Source: an uncultured Eubacteriales bacterium (GTDB taxonomy: Bacteria > Bacillota > Clostridia > Oscillospirales > Oscillospiraceae). From it: a stretch of 64,000 nucleotides of DNA. This document shows positions 29,702 to 40,376 of this stretch, piece after piece; position 1 is the first letter of the stretch, and each line of letters starts with the position of its first letter. The notes beneath the pieces were generated by a model. It was not told where the DNA came from, did not search any database, and was given only the letters and a program-made list of their open reading frames with translations. The DNA is taken from assembly GCA_902477135.1 (NCBI GenBank), contig CABSFR010000002.1:9649-73648 (forward strand), given 5' to 3'. The position numbers and the translations under genes were made by a program.

Positions 29702-30487
29702 ATGGGACAGAAAGTTAATCCTCATGGTCTGCGCGTCGGCGTGATCAAGGACTGGGATTCCCGTTGGTATGCCCGCAACGACAAGGTCGGCGATCTGGTC
29801 GTCGAGGACTACAACATCCGTAAGGATCTCAAGAAGAGACTCTATGCCGCCGGCATCGCAAAGATCGAGATCGAGCGCAGCGATGCGCGTGTGAAGATCA
29901 ATCTGCACTGCTCCCGTCCCGGTGTCGTCATCGGCAAGGGCGGTCAGGAGATCGAAAAGCTCCGTCAGGAGCTGGAGAAGAAGGTCGGCAAGTCCGTCAT
30001 TCTGAACATCGTCGAGGTTCGCAGCCCCGACCTCAATGCACAGCTCGTCGCGGAGAACATCGCCGCGCAGCTGGAGAAGCGTATTTCGTTCCGCCGTGCC
30101 ATGAAGCAGGCGATGCAGAGAGCGACCCGTCTGGGCGCGAAGGGCATCAAGTGCGCTTGCGGCGGCCGCCTCGGCGGCGCGGAGATCGCGCGCAGCGAGT
30201 CCTATCACGAGGGCACCATTCCGCTGCAGACGCTCCGTGCGGACATCGAGTACGGCTTCGCTGAAGCGAACACCACCTACGGCAAGATCGGCTGCAAGGT
30301 CTGGATCTACAAGGGCGAAGTGCTCAACAGCACGCTGCGCCAGACGGCTCCGGAACCCGCTCGCCGTGAGCGCCGCAACAATGACCGCCGTCGTGACGAC
30401 CGTCGCGGTGGCGACCGTCGGGACAACCGCAGACCCTTCAATGGCGAGCGTCGTCGTGACGATCGCAGGGAAGGAGGCAACCGCTAA
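29702..30487 (+). CDS. rpsC: 30S ribosomal protein S3 with a ~45-aa Arg/Asp-rich low-complexity C-terminal tail
   Basis: [13 protein letters not shown] start; KH domain. Tail [41 protein letters not shown]. Confidence 0.96.
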   Translation: MGQKVNPHGLRVGVIKDWDSRWYARNDKVGDLVVEDYNIRKDLKKRLYAAGIAKIEIERSDARVKINLHCSRPGVVIGKGGQEIEKLRQELEKKVGKSVILNIVEVRSPDLNAQLVAENIAAQLEKRISFRRAMKQAMQRATRLGAKGIKCACGGRLGGAEIARSESYHEGTIPLQTLRADIEYGFAEANTTYGKIGCKVWIYKGEVLNSTLRQTAPEPARRERRNNDRRRDDRRGGDRRDNRRPFNGERRRDDRREGGNR

Positions 30488-30921
30488 TGTTAATGCCTAA
30501 GAGAACAAAGTTCCGCCGAGTACAGCGCGGCCGCATGAAGGGCGCTGCCTCTCGCGGTAATAAGGTGTCCTACGGCGAATACGGCATTCAGGCCGTGGAG
30601 CCCGGCTGGATCACCGGCAACCAGATTGAAGCGGCTCGTATCGCAATGACCCGTTACACCAAGCGTAGCGGTCAGGTCTGGATCAAAATCTTCCCCGACA
30701 AGCCTGTTTCCAAGAAGGCGCTCGGCGTCCGTATGGGCTCCGGTAAGGGCGCGCCCGAGTATTGGGTCGCCGTTGTCAAAGCGCAGAAGGTCATGTTCGA
30801 GATCGGCGGCGTTTCCGAAGAGGACGCCCGCGAGGCGCTCCGCCTTGCGCAGCACAAGCTGCCCATCAAGACCAAGATCATCAAGCGGGAAGATGCAGTA
30901 TCTGAGAATGGTGGTGAATAA
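30487..30921 (+). CDS. rplP: 50S ribosomal protein L16
   Basis: [11 protein letters not shown]... Confidence 0.97.
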   Translation: MLMPKRTKFRRVQRGRMKGAASRGNKVSYGEYGIQAVEPGWITGNQIEAARIAMTRYTKRSGQVWIKIFPDKPVSKKALGVRMGSGKGAPEYWVAVVKAQKVMFEIGGVSEEDAREALRLAQHKLPIKTKIIKREDAVSENGGE

Positions 30922-31118
30922 TGATGAAGGCAAAAGAACTCAGAGCCATGTCCGTGGCAGACCTCGAAGCGAAGGCAGCAGAACTGAAGAAGGATCTGTT
31001 CTTCCTGCGGATGCAGCACGCAACGAACCAGCTCGATAATCCGATCAAAATCGCCGCTGTCAAGAAAGACATTGCCCGCATCAAGACTATTATTCGTGAG
31101 AAAGAGACCGCAATCTGA
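30921..31118 (+). CDS. rpmC: 50S ribosomal protein L29
   Basis: Conserved sequence and operon order. Confidence 0.95.
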   Translation: MMKAKELRAMSVADLEAKAAELKKDLFFLRMQHATNQLDNPIKIAAVKKDIARIKTIIREKETAI

Positions 31119-31132
31119 GGAGGTAAGCGAAA

Positions 31133-31396
31133 ATGACTGAAACTACAAGAGCTTTCCGCAAAACCAGAGTTGGTCAGGTCGTCTCCGATAAGATGGACAA
31201 GACCATCGTAGTGGCTATTGAGGATAGCGTGCAGCACAAGCTGTACAAGAAGATCGTGAAAAGAACCTACAAGCTGAAGGCGCACGACGAGAACAACGAG
31301 TGCGGCGTCGGCGATACCGTGAAGGTCATGGAGTGCCGTCCCCTGTCCAAGGATAAGAGATGGCGTCTCGTCGAGATCATCAAGAAGGCTGAATAA
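31133..31396 (+). CDS. rpsQ: 30S ribosomal protein S17
   Basis: Conserved sequence and operon order. Confidence 0.96.
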   Translation: MTETTRAFRKTRVGQVVSDKMDKTIVVAIEDSVQHKLYKKIVKRTYKLKAHDENNECGVGDTVKVMECRPLSKDKRWRLVEIIKKAE

Positions 31397-31412
31397 GGAG
31401 GTCAACAACTAA

Positions 31413-31781
31413 ATGATTCAACAGGAAAGTTATCTGAAGGTTGCTGACAACACCGGCGCGAAGGAGATCAAGTGCATCCGTGTGCTTGGCGGCTCCAAGC
31501 GTAAGTTCGGCAACATCGGCGACGTGATCGTCGCCTCCGTCCGCAAGGCTGCTCCCGGCGGTACCGTGAAGAAGGGCGAGGTCGTCCGCGCCGTTATCGT
31601 CCGCACCGCGAAGGGCGTCCGCCGCGCCGACGGCACCTATGTTCGTTTCGATGAGAACGCCGCCGTCCTGATCAAGGAAGACAAGAATCCCCGCGGCACC
31701 CGTATCTTCGGGCCGGTTGCAAGAGAGCTTCGTGATAAGGAATACATGAAGATCCTCTCCCTCGCACCGGAAGTCATTTAA
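31413..31781 (+). CDS. rplN: 50S ribosomal protein L14
   Basis: [18 protein letters not shown]... Confidence 0.97.
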   Translation: MIQQESYLKVADNTGAKEIKCIRVLGGSKRKFGNIGDVIVASVRKAAPGGTVKKGEVVRAVIVRTAKGVRRADGTYVRFDENAAVLIKEDKNPRGTRIFGPVARELRDKEYMKILSLAPEVI

Positions 31782-31796
31782 TGGGGGTAAGCGAGT

Positions 31797-32102
31797 ATGA
31801 ACATTAAGAAAAACGATACCGTTATTGTCCTGTCCGGCAAGTCCAAGGGCAAGAAGGGCAAGGTTCTCACCGCCATGCCCAAGGAAAACAAGGTCATTGT
31901 TGAGGGCATCAACGTCGCTACCTGCCACGTCAAGGCACGCAAGCAGAACGATGTCTCCGGCATTGTCAAGCGTGAGATCCCGATCCGTGTGGATAAGGTT
32001 CAGCTCTACTGCGCCAACTGCAAGCGCGGCGTCCGCGTCGGCTTTACCGTCGACGGCGACAAGAAGACCCGCGTCTGCAAGAAGTGCGGCAAGGAAATCT
32101 AA
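31797..32102 (+). CDS. rplX: 50S ribosomal protein L24 carrying a C-terminal Cys4 (CxxC...CxxC) zinc-ribbon-like motif
   Basis: KOW domain N-terminus. C-terminal CANCKRG...CKKCGK replaces the usual Ser/Ala-containing tail. Confidence 0.95.
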   Translation: MNIKKNDTVIVLSGKSKGKKGKVLTAMPKENKVIVEGINVATCHVKARKQNDVSGIVKREIPIRVDKVQLYCANCKRGVRVGFTVDGDKKTRVCKKCGKEI

Positions 32103-32119
32103 GGAGGAGGAACGATAAA

Positions 32120-32659
32120 ATGGCAAGACTGCAAGTGAAGTACAAAGAAGAGATCGCTCCTGCTCTGATGAAGAAGTTCCAGTACAAGAGCGTCATGCAG
32201 ATCCCCCAGATCGCCAAGGTCATTGTGAACGTCGGCTGCGGCGACAGCAAGAACAACGCCAAGGAGATCGAGGCCATCTGCAAGGACATCGCCACCATCA
32301 CCGGCCAGAAGCCCATCACCACCAAGGCGCGCAAGTCCGTCGCGAACTTCAAGGTTCGTGAGGGCGAGACCGTCGGCGTGAAGGTCACTCTGCGCGGCGA
32401 CAAGATGTGGGAGTTCATCGACCGCCTCTTCAACGTGGCGCTGCCCCGTGTCCGCGACTTCCGCGGCATCAACCCCAACGCTTTCGACGGCCGCGGCAAC
32501 TATGCCATGGGTCTGAAGGAGCAGCTCATCTTCCCGGAAATCGAGTATGACAAGGTCGATAAGATCCGTGGTATGGATATCTGCATCTGCACCACCGCCA
32601 ATACCGACGAGGAAGCCAAGGAACTGCTGACGATGGTCGGCGCTCCGTTCCACGCTTAA
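32120..32659 (+). CDS. rplE: 50S ribosomal protein L5
   Basis: [12 protein letters not shown]... start at the ATG after AAGGAGGAGG. Confidence 0.97.
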   Translation: MARLQVKYKEEIAPALMKKFQYKSVMQIPQIAKVIVNVGCGDSKNNAKEIEAICKDIATITGQKPITTKARKSVANFKVREGETVGVKVTLRGDKMWEFIDRLFNVALPRVRDFRGINPNAFDGRGNYAMGLKEQLIFPEIEYDKVDKIRGMDICICTTANTDEEAKELLTMVGAPFHA

Positions 32660-32677
32660 TTTGGGAGGAAGAACGAA

Positions 32678-32863
32678 ATGGCAAGAAAAGCAATGATCCT
32701 CAAGCAGCAGGCGGGGAACAAGTTCTCCACCCGCCGCTACAACCGCTGCAAGATCTGCGGCAGACCGCATGCCTACCTGCGCGATTACGGCATCTGCCGT
32801 ATCTGCTTCCGTGAACTGGCCTACAAGGGCGAGATCCCCGGCGTTAAGAAGGCAAGCTGGTAA
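32678..32863 (+). CDS. rpsZ: 30S ribosomal protein S14 type Z (zinc-binding, 61 aa)
   Basis: [20 protein letters not shown]. Confidence 0.96.
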   Translation: MARKAMILKQQAGNKFSTRRYNRCKICGRPHAYLRDYGICRICFRELAYKGEIPGVKKASW

Positions 32864-33006
32864 ACCACACTGTTTTGGTGTGATCCAAATGTAAAACAGG
32901 CATCAGAAGTCAGAGGAAAATGGAGTGGGCGTGCCCGCTCGCATTCCTCTGATACTCTGGCGTCTTAACGGGTACAGCCCGTAACTTCTAAAGGAGGTAA
33001 CATCAC
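32864..33006 (+). promoter_or_regulatory. Unusually long (143-nt) structured spacer inside the spc operon between rpsZ and rpsH, containing three hairpins
   Basis: Stems GTTTTGG/CCAAAAC, CAGAGGAA/TTCCTCTG (8 bp) and ACGGG/CCCGT immediately before the rpsH RBS. Candidate S8 autoregulatory element. Confidence 0.3.
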
Positions 33007-33405
33007 ATGCAAATCACCGATCCCGTAGCAGACATGCTGACCAGAATCCGCAATGCTAACTCTGCGAAGCACGACACCGTTGATGTCCCCGCTTCCAACC
33101 TGAAGAAGGACATCGCAAAGATCCTGCTCGACGAAGGCTACATCAAGGCCTACACCGTCGAAGAGGATGGCAAGCAGGGCATGATCCACATCACCCTGAA
33201 GTATCTCGGCAATAAGGAGAAGGTCATTTCCGGTCTTCGCCGCGTCTCCAAGCCCGGCCTGCGCGTTTATGCCGGCGCGGAAGAGCTGCCCAAGGTCCTG
33301 CGTGGCCTCGGCATTGCCATCATTTCCACTTCCAAGGGCGTTATGACCGACAAGGCTGCGCGCGCGGCGCACGTCGGCGGCGAAGTCCTTGCGTTCGTCT
33401 GGTAA
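33007..33405 (+). CDS. rpsH: 30S ribosomal protein S8
   Basis: Conserved sequence and operon order. Confidence 0.97.
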   Translation: MQITDPVADMLTRIRNANSAKHDTVDVPASNLKKDIAKILLDEGYIKAYTVEEDGKQGMIHITLKYLGNKEKVISGLRRVSKPGLRVYAGAEELPKVLRGLGIAIISTSKGVMTDKAARAAHVGGEVLAFVW

Positions 33406-33417
33406 GGAGGTAATACA

Positions 33418-33963
33418 ATGTCCAGAATCGGCAGAATGCCTATCACTGTACCGGCCGGCGTCGAGGTCACTGTCGCTGAGGGTAACGTAGTTACCGTCAA
33501 AGGCCCGAAGGGTACCCTGACAAGCAAATTCCATCATGATATGATCATCAAGCAGGAAGGCGCGGTCATCACCGTCTCCCGTCCCAACGATGAGCATCTG
33601 AACAAGAGCCTGCACGGCCTGACCCGCACCCTGCTGCACAACATGGTTGTCGGCGTGGACAAGGGCTTCACCAAGGAGCTGGAGGTCAACGGCGTTGGCT
33701 ACCGTGCTCAGAAGCAGGATAAGCAGCTCATCCTGAACGTCGGCTATTCTCATCCCGTCACCATGGACGAGATCGACGGCATCACCATCGACGTTCCCGC
33801 ACCGAACAAGATCGTCATCCACGGCATCGACAAGCAGGTCGTCGGTCAGTTCGCTGCCAACGTCAGATCCAAGAGACCTCCCGAACCCTACAAGGGCAAG
33901 GGCATCAAGTATACCACCGAAGTCCTCCGTCATAAAGAGGGCAAGGCCGGCGGTAAGAAGTAA
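33418..33963 (+). CDS. rplF: 50S ribosomal protein L6
   Basis: Conserved sequence and operon order. Confidence 0.97.
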   Translation: MSRIGRMPITVPAGVEVTVAEGNVVTVKGPKGTLTSKFHHDMIIKQEGAVITVSRPNDEHLNKSLHGLTRTLLHNMVVGVDKGFTKELEVNGVGYRAQKQDKQLILNVGYSHPVTMDEIDGITIDVPAPNKIVIHGIDKQVVGQFAANVRSKRPPEPYKGKGIKYTTEVLRHKEGKAGGKK

Positions 33964-33979
33964 TCGGAGGTGTGCGTAA

Positions 33980-34339
33980 ATGATTAAAAAGATCGACAAG
34001 AAGGCAATGCGCCTGCATCGCCATGTTCGCGTTCGCGGTAAGATCTCCGGCACACCGTGCAGACCCCGCCTGAATGTTTTCAGAAGCAACGCCAACATCT
34101 ATGCGCAGATCATTGATGATGTTAACGGAGCCACGCTGGTTTCCGCTTCTACCGTGGAAAAAGAGTTCGAAGGCGCCACCGGCAACTGCGAAGCGGCCAA
34201 GAAGGTCGGCAAGCTGCTTGCTGAGCGTGCGAAGGCCAAGCAGATCGAAGAGGTCGTGTTTGACCGCGGCGGCTATGTCTATCACGGCCGTGTCGCTGCT
34301 CTGGCAGAGGGCGCCCGCGAAGGCGGACTCAAATTCTAA
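33980..34339 (+). CDS. rplR: 50S ribosomal protein L18
   Basis: Conserved sequence and operon order. Confidence 0.96.
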   Translation: MIKKIDKKAMRLHRHVRVRGKISGTPCRPRLNVFRSNANIYAQIIDDVNGATLVSASTVEKEFEGATGNCEAAKKVGKLLAERAKAKQIEEVVFDRGGYVYHGRVAALAEGAREGGLKF

Positions 34340-34354
34340 GAGGAGGAACAGAAA

Positions 34355-34867
34355 ATGGCTTATAACAGAGCGCCTGAAAAGGACAATGCTCCCGAAATGA
34401 TCGAACGTGTCGTTTACCTTAACCGTGTCAGCAAGACCGTTAAGGGCGGCCGTGTTATGAAATTCTCCGCGCTGGTCGTTGTCGGCGACGGCAAGGGCAC
34501 CGTGGGCTACGGCCTGGGCAAAGCGGCGGAAGTTTCCGAAGCCATCCTCAAGGGCATCGCCAATGCCAAGAAGAACCTGCAAAAGGTCACGCTTTCCGGC
34601 ACGACGATCCCCCACGAGGTCATCGGCATCTATGGTGCAGGCTCCGTCCTGATGAAGCCCGCTTCCGTCGGTACCGGCGTCATCGCCGGCGGCGCTGTGC
34701 GTGCCGTCATGGAGGCTGTCGGTATCACCAACATCCGTACCAAGTGCCTGCGCTCGAACAATCCGCAGAACGTCGTCAAGGCGACGATGCAGGGTCTGCT
34801 GAGCCTGCGTGGACCGGAAGAGGTCGCTCGCATCCGCGGCAAGAGCGTGGAAGAGATTATCGGTTAA
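34355..34867 (+). CDS. rpsE: 30S ribosomal protein S5
   Basis: Conserved sequence and operon order. Confidence 0.97.
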   Translation: MAYNRAPEKDNAPEMIERVVYLNRVSKTVKGGRVMKFSALVVVGDGKGTVGYGLGKAAEVSEAILKGIANAKKNLQKVTLSGTTIPHEVIGIYGAGSVLMKPASVGTGVIAGGAVRAVMEAVGITNIRTKCLRSNNPQNVVKATMQGLLSLRGPEEVARIRGKSVEEIIG

Positions 34868-34882
34868 AGGAGGATACGAACA

Positions 34883-35065
34883 ATGGCACATTTGAAGATC
34901 AAGCTCGTCAAGAGCGTTTCCGGTCGTATCCAGAAGCACATTGCCACGGCGGAATCCCTCGGCCTTCGCAAGATCGGCCAAGAGACCATCCAGCCCGACA
35001 ATGAGCAGACCCGCGGCAAGATCGCCAAGATCGGCTATCTGCTCGAGGTCACCGAAGTAGAATAA
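34883..35065 (+). CDS. rpmD: 50S ribosomal protein L30
   Basis: Conserved sequence and operon order. Confidence 0.95.
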   Translation: MAHLKIKLVKSVSGRIQKHIATAESLGLRKIGQETIQPDNEQTRGKIAKIGYLLEVTEVE

Positions 35066-35078
35066 GGAGGAGACAAGA

Positions 35079-35519
35079 ATGGAACTGCATGAACTTGCTC
35101 CCGTTCTGGGTTCTACCCAGGTTGCCAAGCGCAAGGGCCGCGGCTGCGGCACCGGCAACGGCAAGACCGCCGGTCGCGGTCACAAAGGTCAGAAGGCTCG
35201 CTCCGGCGGCAAGGTCCGCGTCGGATTCGAAGGCGGCCAGATGCCTCTGGCACGCCGCATCCCGAAGCGCGGCTTTAACAACATCTTTGCAAAACCCCTC
35301 ACTGCCGTAAACCTCGGCGATCTCGAAGTATTTGAGAACGGCGCTGTCGTTGACGCGGCGGTTCTGGAAGAAAAGGGCATCATCCGTGATTGCAAGTACG
35401 GTCTGAAGGTGCTTGCCAACGGAACGCTCACCAAGAAGCTGACTGTAAAGGCTGCGTCCTTCTCCGGCTCCGCAAAGGCAAAAATTGAGGAGGCAGGCGG
35501 AAAGGCTGAGGTGGTGTAA
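35079..35519 (+). CDS. rplO: 50S ribosomal protein L15
   Basis: Conserved sequence and operon order. Confidence 0.96.
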   Translation: MELHELAPVLGSTQVAKRKGRGCGTGNGKTAGRGHKGQKARSGGKVRVGFEGGQMPLARRIPKRGFNNIFAKPLTAVNLGDLEVFENGAVVDAAVLEEKGIIRDCKYGLKVLANGTLTKKLTVKAASFSGSAKAKIEEAGGKAEVV

Positions 35520-36809
35520 GTGCTTACGACACTTCGCAACGCATGGAAGATCGAGGAACTGCGCAAAAAGCTGCTGTTCACCCTGCTCATCATCCTGCTC
35601 TACCGTATCGGCAACGTCATTCCCGTCCCCTTTGTCAACTTCCGCAACATGGCTGCCATGTTTGAGCAGGAGCTGTCCGGCACCATCTTCGGCCTGTTCG
35701 ATATGATGTCCGGCTCCGCCTTCTCCACCGCGACGATCTTCGCGCTGAGCATTCAGCCGGCGATCAACGCCTCGATCATCATTCAGCTCCTCACCATCGC
35801 TATCCCCGCTCTGGAACGCCTGAGCAAGGACGGCGGCGAAGAGGGCAAGAAGAAGATCGCCCGCATCACCCGCTACACCACCGTCGGCCTCGGCGTCCTC
35901 ATGGGCTTTGCCTATTACATGATGCTGAACAACTACAACGATCTGTATTCCGGCGGTCTGCTCACCGAGACGGGCTTCCTACAGGCCGTGATCATCATTA
36001 TGACCTTCGCCGCCGGCTCCACGCTGGTCATGTGGCTGGGCGACCAGATCACCGCCTATGGTATCGGCAACGGCATCTCCATGATCCTGCTTGCCAACAT
36101 CATCGCCCGTATCCCCAGTGGCATCATTGCTCCGCTGATCAATATGCTCTGGGCGCAGTGGTATTGGGTCCTGCTTCTGGTCGTTGCAATGCTCGCCATC
36201 ATCGTATTCATCGTCTATGTTTCTCAGGCAGAGCGCCGCATTCCGGTGCAGTATGCAAAGCGCGTCGTCGGCCGCAAGGTCTACGGCGGCCAGAACAGCC
36301 ATCTGCCTCTGAAGGTGAATATGTCCGGCGTCATGCCGATCATCTTCGCGCAGTCCATCGCTTCGCTCCCCGCAACGATCTGTGCGTTCGTGGGAACGAG
36401 AAGCGGTTGGTGGTATGAGAACGTGTTCGACAGCACCAGCGTCGTCTACGCCATCTGCTATCTGCTGCTCATCGTGGCATTCAGCTACTTCTATGCCACC
36501 ATTCAGTATAACCCCGTTGAGGTTGCCAACAACCTCAAGAGCAACGGCGGTTTCATCCCCGGCTTCCGTCCGGGTCGCCCGACCTCTGATTTCATCCGTA
36601 AGGTCATCAACAAGATCACGCTCTTCGGTGCCATCTACCTCGGCATCATCGCGGTTCTTCCGATCGTTATGGGCGTTATCACGGGCAACACCACCTTCTC
36701 CTTCGGCGGTACGTCGGTCATCATTATCGTGTCTGTCGCGCTTGAGACCGTCGCAGCCATCGAGGCGCAGATGATGATGCGCAATTACTCCGGTTTCCTG
36801 AAGAAGTAA
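35520..36809 (+). CDS. secY: Preprotein translocase subunit SecY (GTG start overlapping the rplO stop)
   Basis: 10 TM and conserved SecY motifs; operon position. Confidence 0.96.
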   Translation: MLTTLRNAWKIEELRKKLLFTLLIILLYRIGNVIPVPFVNFRNMAAMFEQELSGTIFGLFDMMSGSAFSTATIFALSIQPAINASIIIQLLTIAIPALERLSKDGGEEGKKKIARITRYTTVGLGVLMGFAYYMMLNNYNDLYSGGLLTETGFLQAVIIIMTFAAGSTLVMWLGDQITAYGIGNGISMILLANIIARIPSGIIAPLINMLWAQWYWVLLLVVAMLAIIVFIVYVSQAERRIPVQYAKRVVGRKVYGGQNSHLPLKVNMSGVMPIIFAQSIASLPATICAFVGTRSGWWYENVFDSTSVVYAICYLLLIVAFSYFYATIQYNPVEVANNLKSNGGFIPGFRPGRPTSDFIRKVINKITLFGAIYLGIIAVLPIVMGVITGNTTFSFGGTSVIIIVSVALETVAAIEAQMMMRNYSGFLKK

Positions 36810-36823
36810 TCGGAGGCGAGTGC

Positions 36824-37462
36824 ATGAAACTCATTCTGTTGGGTGCGCCCGGCGCGGGGAAGGGAACGCAGGCGGAGCTTTTGGCCTCCAAGCTGCAAAT
36901 CCCCACCATCTCCACGGGCAATATCCTTCGGGAAGCGATCAAAAACGGTACCCCGACCGGCTTGAAAGCAAAACGTTTCATGGATCAAGGCAAGCTGGTT
37001 CCGGACGATGTCATTGTCGGCATCGTTCGGGAGCGGCTGACGCAGAGCGATTGTGAAAACGGCTACATCCTCGACGGTGTGCCGCGCACGATCGCTCAGG
37101 CGCAGAGCCTTGTGGAACAGGGTGTCGAGATCGATCGGGTCGTATCCATCGAAATCGCCGATGAGGTGATCGTAAAGCGCATGAGCGGACGCCGCGTCTG
37201 CGGCAACTGCGGTGCGAGCTATCATCTCACGGCCAATCCGCCCAAAACGGAGGGCATCTGCAATACGTGCGGTTCTCCGCTCGTGGTGCGCAAGGACGAC
37301 AGACCGGAAACGGTGCTCGATCGTCTTGCCGTCTATCATGAGCAGACCGAGCCGCTCAAGGGCTTCTACGAAAAACTCGGCAAGCTGTGCTCTGTCGAGG
37401 GAGACCAGCCCATCGAAGATGCGACTCGTGATATTATGGCGGCGTTAGGTGAGGCGCAATGA
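36824..37462 (+). CDS. adk: Adenylate kinase with a Cys4 zinc LID domain
   Basis: GAPGAGKGTQ P-loop; CGNCGASYH...CNTCGS. Confidence 0.96.
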   Translation: MKLILLGAPGAGKGTQAELLASKLQIPTISTGNILREAIKNGTPTGLKAKRFMDQGKLVPDDVIVGIVRERLTQSDCENGYILDGVPRTIAQAQSLVEQGVEIDRVVSIEIADEVIVKRMSGRRVCGNCGASYHLTANPPKTEGICNTCGSPLVVRKDDRPETVLDRLAVYHEQTEPLKGFYEKLGKLCSVEGDQPIEDATRDIMAALGEAQ

Positions 37463-38214
37463 TTTCAATCAAGAACGCAAGCGAGCTTGCGATCATGCGA
37501 AAGGCCTGTAAAATTACCGCGGCAGCCCGTGCTTTGGCAGGGGAAATGGTAAGACCGGGCATGACCACCAAGCAGATTGATCGAGCGGTTCACGATTATA
37601 TCGTGTCGCAGGGCGCAACACCTTCTTTCCTTCACTACTCCGGCTATCCCGCCAGCGCGTGTATTTCCGTGAACAATACCGTCATTCACGGCATACCCGA
37701 CGGCAGGGTGCTGCGGGAGGGCGACATCGTCTCCGTGGACGTCGGCGCGTGCTGGCACGGCTTCCATGGTGACTGCGCCGCAACTTTTGCCTGCGGAAGC
37801 ATCACTTCCGAGGCGCAAAAGCTCATTGATGTCACGAAGCAGAGCTTTTTCGAGGGCGTGAAATTCGCGCGCGAGGGCAATCGGGTTTCGGATATCTCCC
37901 ATGCCGTTCAGACGTATGTCGAGGCAAACGGCTTCTCCGTGGTGCGTTCCTTTGTCGGACACGGCGTCGGCGAGCACCTGCACGAGGAGCCGGAGGTACC
38001 GAACTTCGGAAAGCCGGGCAGAGGTCCGAGACTTGTCCGCGGCATGACCATTGCGGTCGAGCCGATGGTCAACGTCGGCACCTACGAGGTGCGCATCCTG
38101 AAAGACGGATGGACAACGGTCACTGCCGACGGTAAGCTCTCGGCACACTACGAAAATACTTTGCTGATCACAGACGGCGAGCCGGAAATTCTCACCGTCG
38201 CTGAGGGACAGTAA
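37459..38214 (+). CDS. map: Type I methionine aminopeptidase
   Basis: Conserved pita-bread fold metal ligands; operon position. Confidence 0.95.
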   Translation: MISIKNASELAIMRKACKITAAARALAGEMVRPGMTTKQIDRAVHDYIVSQGATPSFLHYSGYPASACISVNNTVIHGIPDGRVLREGDIVSVDVGACWHGFHGDCAATFACGSITSEAQKLIDVTKQSFFEGVKFAREGNRVSDISHAVQTYVEANGFSVVRSFVGHGVGEHLHEEPEVPNFGKPGRGPRLVRGMTIAVEPMVNVGTYEVRILKDGWTTVTADGKLSAHYENTLLITDGEPEILTVAEGQ

Positions 38215-38505
38215 ATGGAGCCAAAGGTATCCGATCTTGTGTGTTCGGTTGCCGGCCATGACAAGGGAATGCTGTTTTATGTGCTTGACACAGACGGTGT
38301 GTACGTTTTCCTTGCCAACGGCAAGCAGCGCAAGGTCGAGCAGCCCAAACGGAAAAAGAGCAAACACGTCCGTGTTATCCCTCGGCAAGAAACCAGGCTG
38401 ACGGAGAAGCTCCTCTCCGGCAAGCCGATACTCAACAGCGAATTACGAAGGGAACTGGCTGCAATCAGTCAGACAATCAACGTTTCAACCAAGGAGGGTT
38501 CTTAA
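38215..38505 (+). CDS. KOW-domain-containing small RNA-binding protein (the conserved map-infA intervening gene of Clostridia)
   Basis: 96 aa and KOW-like [15 protein letters not shown]; position between map and infA. Confidence 0.7.
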   Translation: MEPKVSDLVCSVAGHDKGMLFYVLDTDGVYVFLANGKQRKVEQPKRKKSKHVRVIPRQETRLTEKLLSGKPILNSELRRELAAISQTINVSTKEGS

Positions 38506-38507
38506 AC

Positions 38508-38726
38508 TTGGCAAAGGACGACGTAATCGAACTTGAGGGCATCGTGACCGATGCATTGCCAAATGCCATGTTCAAAGTCAAGATCGGCGGCGAACACGTC
38601 ATTTTAGCACACATTTCCGGCAAGCTCAGAATGAACTATATCAAGATCTTGCCCGGTGACAAGGTAACTGTTCAGATGTCTCCGTATGATCTGACCCAAG
38701 GCCGGATCACATGGAGAAGCAAGTAA
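38508..38726 (+). CDS. infA: Translation initiation factor IF-1 (TTG start)
   Basis: S1-like OB fold [12 protein letters not shown]...; RBS AAGGAGGG. Confidence 0.95.
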   Translation: MAKDDVIELEGIVTDALPNAMFKVKIGGEHVILAHISGKLRMNYIKILPGDKVTVQMSPYDLTQGRITWRSK

Positions 38727-38757
38727 TTTAATTGTTCTCATATGGAGGTTAAACAGT

Positions 38758-38871
38758 ATGAAGGTTAGACCGTCCGTGAAGCCCATGTGCGAAAAATGCA
38801 AGATCATCAAGCGCAAGGGGCGCGTCATGGTAATTTGCGAAAACCCCAAGCATAAGCAGAGACAAGGCTGA
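38758..38871 (+). CDS. rpmJ: 50S ribosomal protein L36 (37 aa; C-x2-C...C-x4-H zinc form). Not in the supplied ORF track because it is below the 60-aa cutoff
   Basis: Translation of 38758-38871: [37 protein letters not shown]. Confidence 0.93.
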   Translation: MKVRPSVKPMCEKCKIIKRKGRVMVICENPKHKQRQG

Positions 38872-38891
38872 TTAGGAGGTGCTTGAAGTAA

Positions 38892-39260
38892 ATGGCACGT
38901 ATTGCTGGTATTGACCTGCCCCGCGAGAAGAGAATTGAGATCGGTCTCACTTATATCTTCGGCATCGGCAGAAAAAGCGCGAAAGACATCCTCGAGATGG
39001 CTGGCGTAAATCCCGACATCCGCGTGAAGGACCTGACGGAAGATCAGGAAGCTGCGCTGCGTGATGTGATCGACAAGAACTACACCATCGAAGGCGACCT
39101 CCGCCGTGAAGTCGCTCTGAACATTAAGCGCCTGACGGAGATCGGCTGCTATCGCGGTCTGCGTCATCGCCGCGGCCTGCCGGTTCGCGGTCAGCGCACC
39201 AAGACCAATGCTCGTACCCGCAAGGGTCCGAAGAAGACCATTGCGAATAAGAAGAAGTAA
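38892..39260 (+). CDS. rpsM: 30S ribosomal protein S13
   Basis: Conserved sequence and operon order. Confidence 0.97.
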   Translation: MARIAGIDLPREKRIEIGLTYIFGIGRKSAKDILEMAGVNPDIRVKDLTEDQEAALRDVIDKNYTIEGDLRREVALNIKRLTEIGCYRGLRHRRGLPVRGQRTKTNARTRKGPKKTIANKKK

Positions 39261-39274
39261 GGAGGGATATGTAA

Positions 39275-39676
39275 ATGGCAAAGGCAAATGCAAAGAAAGT
39301 CGTTAAGCGCCGTCGCGAGCGCAAAAATGTTGAAAAGGGCGCCGTTCATATCCGTTCCTCTTTCAACAACACCATGGTCACTGTGACCGACCTGCAGGGC
39401 AATGCTCTTTCTTGGGCATCCTCCGGCGGACTCGGCTTCCGCGGTTCCCGTAAGTCCACTCCGTATGCCGCACAGATGTGCGCGGAGACCGCTGCGAAGG
39501 CAGCGATTGACGCTTGCGGTCTGAAGACTGTCGAAGTCTATGTCAAGGGTCCCGGTCAGGGACGTGAAGCTGCCATTCGTGCGCTTCAGTCTGCCGGCCT
39601 CGAAGTCGTCTCCATCAAGGACGTCACCCCCATTCCTCACAATGGCTGCCGTCCCCCGAAGAGACGCCGCGTCTAA
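39275..39676 (+). CDS. rpsK: 30S ribosomal protein S11
   Basis: Conserved sequence and operon order. Confidence 0.97.
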   Translation: MAKANAKKVVKRRRERKNVEKGAVHIRSSFNNTMVTVTDLQGNALSWASSGGLGFRGSRKSTPYAAQMCAETAAKAAIDACGLKTVEVYVKGPGQGREAAIRALQSAGLEVVSIKDVTPIPHNGCRPPKRRRV

Positions 39677-39699
39677 TTCGTTAAGGAGGATAAGTCAGA

Positions 39700-40296
39700 A
39701 TGGCGAAAAATACTCAGCCCGTTCTTAAGCGTTGCCGTACGCTCGGCGTTTCTCCCGCAGCTATGGGTTATTCCAAGACTTCCAATAAGAACCCCGGCGG
39801 CCAGAGAAGAACCAAGAAGTCCGAGTATGCGTTGCAGTTGACCGAAAAGCAGAAGGTCAAGTTCGTTTACGGTATTCTGGAAAAGCAGTTCCGTATGTAC
39901 TATGAGAAGGCAGCCCGCGCCGAGGGCAACACCGGCGAGGTTCTGCTGACCATGATCGAGCGCCGTCTGGACAACGTCGTTTACCGTCTGGGCTTTGCGG
40001 CTACCCGCCGCGAGGCGCGCCAGCTTGTCAACCACGGTCACTACACCGTCAACGGCAAGCGCGTGAACGTCCCGTCCTACCTCGTCAAGCCCGGCGACGT
40101 CGTCGCCGTCTGCGAGAAGAGCTGCTCCAACAATCGTTTCAAGAAGCTGAAGGAAGACGATGCTTTTGTCGCCGCCCCGAAGTGGCTTGACCGCGACAAG
40201 AACACCCTCTCCGGTAAGGTTTTGGCAATGCCGGCAAGAGACGATATCGACTTCGAGATCGCCGAACACCTCATCGTCGAGTTGTACTCCAAGTAA
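39700..40296 (+). CDS. rpsD: 30S ribosomal protein S4
   Basis: Conserved sequence and operon order. Confidence 0.97.
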   Translation: MAKNTQPVLKRCRTLGVSPAAMGYSKTSNKNPGGQRRTKKSEYALQLTEKQKVKFVYGILEKQFRMYYEKAARAEGNTGEVLLTMIERRLDNVVYRLGFAATRREARQLVNHGHYTVNGKRVNVPSYLVKPGDVVAVCEKSCSNNRFKKLKEDDAFVAAPKWLDRDKNTLSGKVLAMPARDDIDFEIAEHLIVELYSK

Positions 40297-40376
40297 AGCT
40301 TCACCCTCGTTTATTGGTAAGCTGTTTTCACCGCGAGACCTTGTGTTTTGCACAATTTAAAGGAGGGTATTAGTTT

